Source of the DNA: Podarcis liolepis
Taxonomy: Eukaryota
Assembly: GCA_965112155.1 (NCBI GenBank)
Contig: OZ218113.1
DNA length: 64,000 nt
Reading direction: 5' to 3' (one strand)
Shown here: positions 39,487-51,303 of the stretch, one piece after another
Layout of the letters: the number at the start of each line of letters is the position of its first letter
Position numbering within the stretch: the first letter of the stretch is position 1
Made by a program: the position numbers and the translations under genes
The notes under the pieces: generated by a model
The model's database searches: none
What the model saw: only the letters and a program-made list of their open reading frames with translations
What the model was told of the DNA's origin: nothing

Positions 39487-40499
39487 GTGAGTGCACAAAG
39501 CTATATCTGTGGTGTCCCCACTTTTATACTATGGAATTATCCCTGAGAAAATGGGAAAGAAAACCAGATTCCAAATTGCTTGAAAAGGATGCCTCAGTCC
39601 ACTTTGATTAGGGCTGTCCATCCTTGTCTGAAACATCACTTAATCCTTAGAACTAAAGACTCTTCTCTGGCAGGAAGGATGGGGGAAGGATGGTTTTTAT
39701 ATCTGCAAGGTTTCAGTACTCAAATGTGTTTACAAAGGTGCCTGCTTCCTTGCTAAGGCGCCTGCACAGAGAGAAGATAACGGTTGTGTGCAAGGCATGC
39801 TTTGACTTCAGCCATAGGAAGGGAGCACAATCCTATAGTGAAAGCTGCCTGTATGCAGAGTAAGAAAGGGGGAGGGAGGAAGAATTCAGTGTAAGCGCGC
39901 AAATCTCCCATCTGGGTTTGATGCCTTGTAGTCAATAACCTATACATAGATGAGCTGCAGATGAGGAGCATCTGTGCCCCTTCCCCACATTTTAAAAGTC
40001 TCAAATTCTTCCCAGTGCCTCTTGCAGGACACTCAGTATTGGGAATATGTGTTCTGAAGTTACGGTACTTATGACCACAACTCAAAGAGGACACCTTGCA
40101 GGTCAAAGCAGACACCTTGCCAAACAACAGTTCATTGATGACAACTCAGTTCCTACCATACAGGATTGGCATCGTCACAGATCTCTGATGGCTCCACTGC
40201 ACATTGCTCTAGTATCATGAAAAGCAAAGCAGCTTGAGGGCATTCCTGCAGCTGGAGTAGACACATACATCGGCCTCCCCCTAGTGTTCTCCCTCATTCC
40301 TAAAAATATTTTATTTGTTTAATCATTAGTTCTTGCACCTTCAGTAAAAGCAGCTTCCAGGACAGCCACTGTGGAACTTATTGGAAAATATTTTAACAAA
40401 AAGCAACCATCTATTAAAAACCACAGAAGCAAACACAGCATCATTGGTGGGCCTAACTAGAATAATTAAATTGCTTTTGAAATAAAAAAATAAAAAAAT

Positions 40500-40938
40500 T
40501 GTCCAGTAGCACCTTAAAGGTAAAGGGACCCCTGACCATTAGGTCCAGTCATGACCACCTCTGGGGTTGCGCGCTCATCTCGCTTTACTGGCCGAGGGAG
40601 CCGGCGTTTGTCTGCAGACAGTTTTTCCAGGTCATGTGGCCAGCATGACTAAGCCGCTTCTGGCGAACCAGAGCAGCGCACGGAAACGCCGTTTACCTTC
40701 CCGCCGGAGCGGTAACTATTTATCTACTTGCACTTTGACATGCTTTCAAACTGCTAGGTTGGCAGGAGCAGGGACCGAGCAACGGGAGCTCACCCCGTCG
40801 CGGGGTTTTGAACCGCCGACCTTCTGATCGGCAAGTCCTAGGCTCTGTGGTTTAACCCACAGCGCCACCTGCGTCCCTTAGAGACCAACTAAGTTTGTTC
40901 TGGGTATAAGCTTTTGTGTGCACACACACTTCAGATAC
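40500..40938 (-). mobile_element. Penelope-like terminal remnant interrupted by the Sauria SINE
   Basis: Flanks rejoin as ccagtagcacc-tta-gagaccaactaagtttgttctgggtataagcttt...ttcagatac. Confidence 0.7.
40517..40877 (-). mobile_element. Full-length Sauria SINE (Podarcis-type)
   Basis: Reverse complement reads gggacgcaggtggcgctgtgggttaaaccacagagcc ... ccctttaccttt; high similarity to the 58892 copy. Confidence 0.92.
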
Positions 40939-41055
40939 ACAGTTGCTTTTGAAAGGCTTGGGAAAACAAAAGGCTTTAACCCAGCATGACAGTGAGGATG
41001 AGAGTCAGGTCAGCCTCCAGGGTGGGTTCTACATCCAAAAATACACCCTTCACAG

Positions 41056-41208
41056 CAGTGGCGGAGCTAGGGGCTTTGCCACCCAGAGTGGGGGGGGTGG
41101 CATGCCACCCACGCACAAGCGTCCCAATAGGGGTGCCGCCCACGGTGATGTCACCCCCATCAGAGATGGAACCCGGGGCGGACCCCCCGCCTCCTTCCTA
41201 CACCACTG
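41056..41208. mobile_element. hAT (Tip100-like) MITE
   Basis: cagtggcggagctagg ... cctacaccactg with perfect 8-bp TSD cttcacag (41048-41055, 41209-41216). Confidence 0.9.
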
Positions 41209-42120
41209 CTTCACAGTTGCCATCTGCCTGACTTTATAAAATGAGAGTGCTCAGGAAAAGGCCTTGGAGTTCTTAAGCTTAAATGCAGATGCAACCTTTC
41301 TCTAGCACATTCTATTGTTACATGGGCTTGAGTCACCAGAGGAACAGCAACTACGTTGTTTCAGTAACATAAAGACAAGCTCTCAATTTTTCTTTCTACC
41401 CAGCAACATAATCCAAGAAATAAGATTTAGTTGTGTGCTCCTGGCTCCCCTGGGCTTCTTTGCTATTTTCATGCCAGAGTCATCCTGGAAGCTGCTGAAA
41501 TGCAGGTCTGCTTTCCCAGCATGATTGGCTGCCTACAAAAGAGGCTCTGCACTCAAATTCCAGCATCTTCCTCTCTCACAGCCATGATGGGAAGTCAATG
41601 CCCATATAATTAGAAGGACCTTTCTTCACTGTATTCTTTGTCACTGCAAGATGACAGTGGTTGGAGAGGGCAAAGTGCAAGTCTCCCAGGACATGATTCA
41701 CACTATACTGTTTTGTCAGGTTAACTGGAGTCATCACTTAGCTCTGGAGGCTGTCTAATGCCAGGGCACAGGCCTCAATACATACAGAATAGTAATGAGT
41801 GCCTTCTGAGCATGTGCTTGAGTGCCCACTGTCAGCTACCAAACATGAAACGGATCTTTAAAAGCAATGCCATACAGGATTGAGCCCCAGCACCTCTTAG
41901 ATTAAGCAATACATGCAGAAATTTGGCTGTTGTTAATTTCAAATTCTGCATTATAAAATAAAGATGCCTATATATTTGCTTGAGACTACAGCTTACTGAA
42001 ATTCAAGGTAGAAGACATCTCTGTGCTTGTGGGATTGGAGGTCAAGGATTAGGTTTGGCTCTTGCCTCATATCTCCCTGAAGTTCCTGATCCTCATAGAC
42101 TGCACACTGAGGGTAAAAGT

Positions 42121-42377
42121 CATGGTTAGGCAAACTAAGGCCCGGGGGCCGGATCTGGCCCAATCGCCTTCTCAATCCCGGCCCACAGACGAGTCCTGGA
42201 ATCAGCATGTTTTTACATGAGTAGAATGTGTCCTTTTATTTAAAATGCATCTCTGGGTTATTTGTGGGGCATAGGAATTTGTTCATTTTATTTATTTTTT
42301 CAAAATATAGTCCAGCCCCCCACAAGTTCTGAGGGACAGTGGACTGGCCCCCTGCTGAAAAAGTTTGCTGACACCTG
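42121..42377. mobile_element. hAT (Charlie-like) MITE, same family and orientation as 6407-6651
   Basis: Shared body gaatgtgtccttttatttaaaatgcatctctgggttatttgtgggg; near-TSD gtaaaagt/gaaaagt. Confidence 0.85.
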
Positions 42378-43478
42378 GAAAAGTAAATGTTCAGGTTCTT
42401 AGAGTTTGCAAGCTTTCCTGGTCCTGCTTAAAACAAAAATACTGTGTTACGTGTTCTCATTGTTGTGTCTAGAAGCAGTAAAGCTGTAGGCATCATTGAG
42501 GGGTTTAAATGCATTTTTCTCCAGCTCGTCAGTGCCCTCTAGTGGCCTTTGGTCATGCTGCTGATTTACATGTTAAGACGGATGCTTGAGGCTTTGAAGA
42601 AGTGCTCACTTGTTCAGCATGAAGGAGCTTAGAGTTCACAAAAAGTGAATCCATCCCACCCTCATAAAATACATTTAAATTGCTCCTTCAGATGTATGGA
42701 GCATGCAAGGTTGCTAAGAGCTGGGATATGGTCTGCAGAAGGTTGTCGGCACACTTAAAAAAAAAAAAGGTACAGCTTCCATTTCACCACTGTGTGGCTT
42801 GTAATGTGTGACAGGGAGATATTTATATCTCCTAACATGTGCTTAGGCAGTGCAGATCATAGCTTCTGAGTGCATGTTTACCATATGTGATATCACACAT
42901 ACCTGGCCTATGCATATTAGTGCATGGGAACCTGTGGTGGCTAAATGAGAGCTCATATTTTCCCGTAAAGCATGAAACAGCCTTCTGACTGAGTGTAGGT
43001 GTTGACAAGCTAGTAAATTACAGTGCATTTAAATTAATGGCCTAGGAGCCATAGGATTGTTGAGAAGTAAGTGACTGTGGTCCTGATCAGTGCCTGAATG
43101 AGAGAACCTTGCAAGTCCTTTAGGGCTATCTACAAGGAAAAATTGGAGATAAATGAAACAAAGGTCCCTTTGAGAGATCTGACTGTGCTTTCATTAAGCC
43201 TTGGCATGTATTCAGGTCTGTGGTTATATAGTCCTTAGTCTGAAGAAGCCAGAGTTGTATTGCTGTGGCACCTCCTATTTTAAGGAAACAGTTCCTTGCA
43301 ACTCCCTACTTGGATGGGGTGTAGGTAGATCATATCCATGGTTTTCTTTTCAACACTAAGATAGAATTCCCAGTTGCACCATTTCTGTTTTTTGCCTTCT
43401 ATAAGTAGATACTACTATAAATGCAGAGCCTGACGTACCACTATCTTAACTGCCCTCTTCTTTCTTTCCACCCATCAG

Positions 43479-43633
43479 CTGCAACTGTAATTCCTCCATG
43501 CCACGTCCTGTCAAGGTGGTGTCTATCGGGGGGCAGAGTTATCTCAGCTCCATCTTGAGGTTTTTTGTGAAGCAATTGGCAAACAAGACATCAGACTGGC
43601 TGAGCTATATGAAGTTTCTCATCATCCCACTAG
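43479..43633 (+). CDS. PACS1: PACS1 exon 16 (155 nt; (Y)[51 protein letters not shown])
   Basis: catcag| and |gtaata. Confidence 0.96.
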
Positions 43634-44487
43634 GTAATACCACCTGTGCCTGTGGCTCGCTCGCTTGGTAGGTGGCTATTGAGTTACACATCTGAAACCC
43701 AATAGTTCTACATTTCAGTGACCCAAAAGCCACCAGGTGTAGTAGCTCTCTTCTTACAAACAGAATGAATGAGCTGAACTGACCTACCTTCCTCCACTCA
43801 GTCCAAGAACCGAAGCCACCAATACTTGCCAAAAGCTCACTCAACGCAACATTCTTTGTCTGGTTTTTTTTACAGCCCATGATACCCTTCCTCAGAACCA
43901 GTGGACTCAGTTTCAGTTTTTGAGGGCAAAATTTAATTGATGGGTCTGAGCTTTTAAAAACATGCTTGCTCAGTTTTTGAGGCTGTGTTTTCATTATGAT
44001 GTGGTACTGAAGTAGGGAATGAAAGGCAAAATGTTGAGGAGGATGTTTCCTTTTAATAATGAGTGACATCTTTTGTTATCTCATACCTAAGTATTTTCTA
44101 AAGTCAGTTTTGTTGAGTATTTGGGAATAAGAAAATGCTTAGGTTTAAGCTAAAGCTGGTAATCAATTACAAAAATAATAATTGCTGAACAGCCTCATTT
44201 TTTTGTAGTGAAATATGTGATGGTTTACTTAAAGGAGAGTGAGTTTCCCAATCATTGGGGGTAGTTTTCTTTCGCTAGAAAGAGAGAGATTACCCATTTT
44301 TGTCTCTGAATAATAAGAATCACTCTACAAAAGGAGTGTTGTGGTAATGACAGTTGCAGTTTCTATTTTTTGGAGCGTCAATGGCTTTCTGATGCCAAAG
44401 GGTCTGTTGCCTCAGCAGCCATCTGCCGGTGCTAGATATGTGTAGCTTGCCAAGGAAAATCATAGCAACACAAAGGGAGAGGCGGGA

Positions 44488-44610
44488 TTATTGGGTTGTT
44501 TTTGTTTTTATTAGGTATTTTGTGTTATTATATTGTGATTTTATGTTATGAACTGCCCTGAGACCTCTGGGTGCAGGGCAGTATACAGATTTAAATAATA
44601 ATAATAAATA
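44488..44610 (+). mobile_element. L2-type LINE 3' end with (TAA)n tail
   Basis: gaactgccctgagacctctgggtgcagggcagtatacagatttaaataataataa. Confidence 0.7.
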
Positions 44611-44635
44611 GGCCTTCCTCTCATTTCTCCACCAG

Positions 44636-44746
44636 GTTCTCACCCGGTAGCCAAGTACATGGGCTCTGTGGATAGCAGATACAGTGGTATGTTTCTTGAT
44701 GCCACCTGGCGAGAACTCTTCAGCAAATCTGAGCCACCTACGACGG
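44636..44746 (+). CDS. PACS1: PACS1 exon 17 (111 nt; (G)[36 protein letters not shown])
   Basis: caccag| and |gtaaga. Confidence 0.95.
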
Positions 44747-45436
44747 GTAAGAGCAAGTTTTCAGTTCACAGTGAGTGATAGAAGTAACATCTTTCAGAAA
44801 GGTCTTCATTCTGTCTTGCCAGACTGAGGACTCTTCTGTATGTGTGCTGCTTTTATGTAAGTTAGAATCAAACTAAGGTGAGAAGCCAAAGATTTAGTAT
44901 GGGCCTTTGGTATTACACCAAACCAGTGCTTGGTAGATGTGGACCCCTCCCTGTGTCCAGCTAGTGTTTAATAAGACAATGTTGTCATTGGCAGTCAAAG
45001 GTAGGCCATAATGTCATTTGCTAGAATGAGCAATTCCAGCCAAGATGCAAAGTCACCTTTCCCAGAATCCTTGCAAGTTTGAGGACAACAGTGAACTACA
45101 CATTGATTCAGCAGGATTATGGACAAGGTGGCAAATTTGGGCAGCTAGAATTGGGTGGGGCGAAATAATGGCATTTAGCACTGATGTTTACCACACCAGG
45201 ATGGGGTCCATACTTAACGCTTGTGCGTCTTTTTGTTAATCCAAGTTCTCCTGCCTGCCTCTCCCCATCAGCCACTTCTCTGGCTTGTCACTCTTTGTGC
45301 CTCAGTGCAGATAACAACTCATGTGTATCTTAAAGCCAGCATCTTGAAGGTTCTCCCACTTGCTGGCTTGGGTAATGATGAATACTCTGTGTGCCTTTCC
45401 TGCTTGACGCTCTCTTTGGGTTATCTTCTTTCTCAG

Positions 45437-45539
45437 AGCCTTTTGATGTGGTTGGCCGGATCATGCAGTATGTCAGTGGAGCAAACGTGACCCACCAACT
45501 GCCTGTGGCCGAGGCCATGCTGACCTGCAAACACAAATT
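45437..45539 (+). CDS. PACS1: PACS1 exon 18 (103 nt; (E)[33 protein letters not shown])
   Basis: tctcag| and |gtaagt. Confidence 0.95.
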
Positions 45540-46532
45540 GTAAGTCCTTCCCCATCCACCCCTCTGCCACGAGCTTTGGATTTCAGCGTGGTGGGTGAGT
45601 GGGCTGAAATTGCCTCACCCACATAGCTAGAAGAACCCTAAATGTGAACTATAATGTTTGCTGTGTCTGTATTTATTGAAAGTTCATTCAGAATCCCCTT
45701 TGGCATGCCCTTTCTCAGTCTTCATTTCGTTTGTATGCAAAGCAAGACTGAGACAAACCACTGTAAAAAAGTGGAAGGTGGCTTGCTGGTGATTCTCAAG
45801 GAAGGCTAGTCTGTGCATTTCGATGTCCTGGTGAAAGTGTTGTGGGCACATTGCAATCACACACACACGTACTCACTTCCTCCCTGACAGCAATTAGGTT
45901 TGAAGAAAGTGTGTTGGCTTTCTCTCTCCACCCCAAGCCTAATGCAGCTAGAGATTATCTTCTTGGAGAGTATTGCTAGGGAGGCACAAGTCACTCTTCC
46001 CTCCTCAGCTGCAGCTTCCAGGAAGGTCACTTCCTTACACACAGCAATTAAGCCTGAAAAAAGAACTTTTATTGGAGCCAGTAGAAGGTTTCTTTCAAGC
46101 CTAATTGTGTGTGGCTGAGGAGGGGGGTTAGCTAGGGAGAAAGTTAACTGTGTGCCCCTCCCCATGTGAAGCTGCTATAAAACAATCAGAGCTATAAATT
46201 CTTTTGGAATCTCTTGCATATGGAATTATTGGGCCCATGTCGTACCCTTTTTTCAAGAGTCAAGAGTCCCAATGTGAAACCCGTTGCCAAATGGAAGCAT
46301 CCTCCATACTGAGGCTGTAATGTGATTGGACTGACCTTCCGGTCTTCATGTTCCTTTTTGTCTGTTCGTGTGCCTGCAGAATGCTGTGTCTTGAAGCCCT
46401 AAGTTTATGTTCTTTTCATTTGTCAGATACGTAAAATAGAAAAGAAGGTGGAGAAAGCCTTTGTCTTTCAGCATTGCTTGTTCTCTCTTTTCCTGTCATT
46501 TGGATTTTTAATGGCTGTTTCTTTACCCACAG

Positions 46533-46575
46533 CCAAGATGAAGATTCTTACCAGAAGTTCATCCCTTTCATTGGG
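46533..46575 (+). CDS. PACS1: PACS1 exon 19 (43 nt; (F)QDEDSYQKFIPFIG)
   Basis: ccacag| and |gtaaga. Confidence 0.94.
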
Positions 46576-48759
46576 GTAAGAGTTTTACATATCTTGGATT
46601 TTTCATCTCTGAATACGAACTTATTTTATTCAGGGCCAGTTTACCTGAACTCTTTTATAGCTCTGGTTACTTAGATAAAGCCTACTTTTCGAAAACAAAT
46701 GTGCGCGCATTTCTGTAGCTGTAGTTTAACTTTGGCAGCCACCTCACTTGCAGAACTATCATTTTCACCTACTGTGTTCCTTACCCTGCTGATGCTGAAC
46801 GGAAGTTGTGGTTAAAATTCAGATGTGGTGGTATTTAATCAAATGACATTGTGTAATTTAGCTTGGGCTAAATTTATCTTTCTGAGTCAAGGACTTGGCA
46901 GTAAGCCTGACTGGATCCCATCTGATGAGTGGTGAAGTCATAAACAAGTGAAAGCAGGCTTCCCGTGTTGAAGATCTCATAAAATTAGACTTGTTTGTTT
47001 GGTTTTTAAATACCAGTTTCACTGTCCCTAAATTCAGGCAGCTAGCAGAATGTTGGGGGCGGTTGGCCAGTTTGTCACCTTGCAAATAGAGAGGCTACAT
47101 ACCTGAAACATGGTTTCCTTAGTGCAAATTAATGAATGCCATAGTTAATTTGCATACATTCCAGCCATGGTTTCACCTCCTGGTTTATGGGTAATCCTTA
47201 TCCACAGCTATGTTTGCACCAGGGGGCAAAGCATTAAGTTTGCAGATCGCTGTTTTTTTTAACACCCGACTTTATCCCTGATGGTCAGAAGCAAAATAAG
47301 GAAATGATGACAGCAGCACTGTTGCAATCCACTTGCAATCTGCTAGATATTGGTTAACATCACCATCCCTTCGACACTTCACTGGTTACTGCTGCCAAGA
47401 AAATGCCAGAGGTCAATAACTATGCAGCTGCCTATGAGGAGATGCTCTAGCCCCAAGCAAGGATGAAATCATGTTGGGAAAAGATGGCTTTATTCCCTTG
47501 TGGCCACTGTGCAACCTTTGATGGGCAGTGCTTGTAGCCTTTTTGTCACCACTGCCTTTTTAAAAAAAGCTCTTAACATTTACTGGGTTTGCATTTCTGT
47601 TTTTATTATAAAGTGCCTATTGTCAGTCAGAAAGTAAACATTTCAAATAAAATAAACAAGCTTGCACATTTGAGATCAATGCCCCCCCTTTTGTTTCCAT
47701 GGGCCACTTTGTGCCCTTGCAATATACAATTGCAATATACAAGGCAGCTCACTTTAAATTGAAATGTTACATGAAAATACATCCTGTACAATTAATGAAG
47801 CATGAAGTGGGGGCTTTTTGCAGCATCGGTCTGTCTGTGATTTTTGATAGTGACTGAGGAAGGCCAAGCGGGGGTGTACTTGACTATATTTTAATGGTTA
47901 GAGGGGAAACTGTTGCCTCACCTACATCACCACTGCTCTAGGATTATCTTGACTCTTTTATTGCTCATGATTTTTTTTTGGGGGGGGGGTAGATGGTCAC
48001 AAATAATTATTTGGAAGAAACCTTTTCTCTTGCCAAGGCACTCTGTCTCAGCTTTTGCAATTGTGGTGTTATAAATCTTTTGGAGATTTGTTACTTGCAG
48101 GCTTCTGCTGCATCCTCAATAATTAAATCTGTTTCAAAGCACAGATCTCCCAAGGGAGGGCACCTGCAAAGCAAAAAGTTATCTTTCCTCTCTTGTGCAT
48201 AAGCTCCTGCCTGGCACTCAAAGTCTCTGCTAACAAAATTGCTCTCCCTTTTCTCTTCCCACCCTCACTCAAACACATTGGGCTATGTTTGACAAACTAA
48301 CCTCTGCTTTGACACAGAGGAGGATCTTAAAGGTTAAAGAAAGCTCATTGTGTTTGCTAGTGTGACCATTAGGTAGACATGAGGGATGCTGGCCACTGGG
48401 GACAACTCTTTCCCTGCAAAGGAACTGGTGTGCCTAGCAAGAAAGGCAATACCCCCCCCCAAAAAAAAAAACCTGCAAAAAGCTTATTTGCTCTCCTTTT
48501 TAAAGCACAGAGGAAATATGAGTCAATCTGAACCAGGCAGGGGTGGAGGGAGTGACTCAGCAGACTGTGACCCACAAGTGTGCATTGGAACTGCTGATGT
48601 GATGACAACCAATTAAGGCGAAACCTCAGATGCATTAGTTTTTAGAATGCTCTCAAGCCCCCGTGCTATTTACAGAAGGAAAGTAAAAATGTGTGCATTA
48701 TTTGATGGAACAGTGTGGGGAGCCTGAGAGTTTCACATTTCAGGCTGTTAGCTTTTTTA

Positions 48760-50885
48760 GAAATGTTGGCAAGTATATCAGGCAGACCTCCTGGTTGCGG
48801 GGCACATCTGAAACACAGATCACCTGGTGGCAAGCAAAATCCTTCTCCAGCCAAAGAGGACTCATGGCACAAAGCAGAAAGTGTGGCCTTGAATCAACAC
48901 TGCCAGAACAACCAAACCTGAACTTTGTGAACACTTCTCTCATTCCATCAAACAAGCTCTAAGGAACTGCACCTGAGACAGTGTCGAAACAAGGTGGAAC
49001 CTACACCGAAGATGTAACCTACAACACAGCTATGATCTCTTTTGGCGAAAGAGAGCAGCAGATCTCCAACTGGTTTGAGGCCGGTATTATGCCTGTTATT
49101 GCTGCAGAGAGCGAGGCTCTTGTGAACTGCAAGCATGAAGCCTGTGACAAGACGCCTGCTGCACCACTGAGAAAGACAAGGAGTGGTGCCAAGCAGATTG
49201 CCAGATGATGTGTTAGTGACCACTGGCTAAAAGCTGTGTCAGAGCTTACACTGTCACTGCTGACAGTGGCAACACTTAAAAAATGTACAAATGCATGAAA
49301 ACAGCCTTTGGAGTTTGGAGCAACAATCAGGAAGACTGCACCACTGAATACCTTGTCTGGAGAGATCATCACAAACTGCGGCAAGCAGATGAAGCAATGA
49401 GCAGAGCACTATCAAGAACTGTCCTCATGGGAAAACATGGTCTCCAACATAGCAATTGACAGCATCCAGACTCTTCCTGTCTTGGAAGCGCTAGATGTCT
49501 CTCCCTCCCTTGGCAAGCTGAAAAATGCCATCAACTCTCAGGCATGTGGTAAAGCCCCAGGACAGGGCAGAATCCCAACAGAAGTGCTGAAAGCAGGTCT
49601 CAGTTCCTCAGTTCCTCCCTCATTATGCACCTCCATGGTCTTCTCTTGCAGTGTTGGGGAAAAGGATCTGTGCCACAAGAGATGTGTGACCCCAGCATTG
49701 TGACCCTCTATAAGAGCAAAAGTGGCCACCATGATTGTAACAATTACCGTGGAATCTTCCTGCTGAGTACTGTGTTATTCACTGACAGGGTCTATCCTGA
49801 GTCACAATGCTTCAGAGCTCATGTTGAACAATCAACATGATTTTCTCACTGCGCCAGCTGCAGGAGAAATGCTAAGAGCAGAAACGACCTTTGTATATCG
49901 CCTTCATAGACCTGACAAAGGCCTTTGACCTTGTCAGCCCAAAAGGACTGTCCACTTCTCAACAAGATAGGATGCCCACCTCTAAGCTCCACAAGATGAG
50001 CATGTCCTTCCATGAGAACATGCACAGCACCATACAGTATGACAGTTCATCCTCAGACACCTTTATAAGAGTGGTGTGAAACAGGGCTGTGTTCTCACTC
50101 CAACTCTCCTTGGCTTGTTCTTCTTCCTGTTGCTCTCCTATGCCTTCAGCTTGACCTAAACCCACATTCCTGGCATGTTCTCACTTCCGTTTCAGCATCA
50201 TCTATGCTGGTTTGGTCATGTACACAAATGGAAAAGATGACAGGATCCCCAAGGGCATGCTCTATGGGGAGCTGGCTTCAGGCAGTAGAAGAAGAAGAGG
50301 AGTTTGGATTTGATATCCCGCCTTTCACTCCCCTTCAGGAGTCTCAAAGCGGCTAACAATCTCCTTTCCCTTCCTCCCCCACAACAAACACTCTGTGAGG
50401 TGAGTGGGGCTGAGAGACTTCAAAGAAGTGTGACTGGCCCAAGGTCACCCAGCAGCTGCATGTGGAGGAGCGGAGACACGAACCCGGTTCCCCAGATTAC
50501 GAGACTACCGCTCTTAACCACTACACCACACTGCCTGTTGGCAGACCAACTATGCATTGCAAAGATGTTTGCAAGCATGACATGAAGGCTGACAACATTA
50601 ACCCTTCCACTGTAGATGATTGCAGTATCTGGAGACAGTCAGGTTTTGTATCCACAGCAGGGACCAGAGGAGGAATGACCACTAGGAGGAGCACAGAGAG
50701 AAGATACGCCATAGAGCACCTGTAGCAGCCAAACTGGACATCTTCATCTGCCCCACCATCGATAAAATATGTCTCTCCCGTATCAGTCTCTACAGCCACA
50801 GTAGGCACCGTAACTCTCCAATGGCTCTCTGAAGGCGCACTCTTCCATTTGTCTCCTAAGACAGATGGATGCAAGCAACAACAGA
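48760..50885 (+). mobile_element. Degenerate RTE-clade (Bov-B-related) LINE, internally deleted and frameshifted
   Basis: GKAPG, CNNYRGIFLLS, YIAFIDLTKAFDLVS, GVKQGCVL and PKGMLYGEL motifs spread across frames with stops; 5' boundary approximate. Confidence 0.85.
50287..50535 (-). mobile_element. Young Squam3-like SINE with (CTT)n tail, nested in the RTE LINE
   Basis: Reverse complement: cagtgtggtgtagtggttaagagcgg (A box) ... gggttcgtgtctcc (B box) ... cttcttcttct. Confidence 0.85.
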
Positions 50886-51260
50886 TCAGGCCAAGAGCAG
50901 AGGGCCACACTTCTACTATTTAGAATAAGAAAGAGGGGGAGAGGGGGAGATAGATTTTTATGCTCCAGCAGCTTCCTGGACTAGGTCCCAGTTTCAGGCC
51001 TCAAACAGCTAATAGTAAATACTGAGCTGGTGGGAAGAAACACCCTAGGCGTATACTATGAATGCCATGTTTTCATTATAGTTCTGGAAGGGTTAACTGT
51101 CTTGTGCTTCTCTTCTATAACTTTGAGATAAAGTGACTTTCCTTAGGAAGGTAAAATGTGTTCCTTTTCCACCTGTAGCTAAATTATTTGTCAGGCTTTG
51201 TTTTTGAAGTGATTTGCCTTCATTGTTTGCTCTCTCCTTCTCACTCCCTGCCCCCTGCAG

Positions 51261-51303
51261 GTGGTTAAAGTGGGCCTCATTGAAGACTCGCCTGCGGCTA
51301 CAG
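51261..51303 (+). CDS. PACS1: PACS1 exon 20 (43 nt; VVKVGLIEDSPAAT)
   Basis: ctgcag| and |gtatga. Confidence 0.94.

Noticed and set aside
44612-44635. In-frame upstream AG (44610-44611) that would add 8 aa to exon 17
   Set aside because: No pyrimidine tract upstream of it, only the A-rich LINE tail
49437-50165. ORFs with reverse-transcriptase motifs as an active or domesticated RT gene
   Set aside because: Multiple stops and frameshifts, and the catalytic YADD region is deleted
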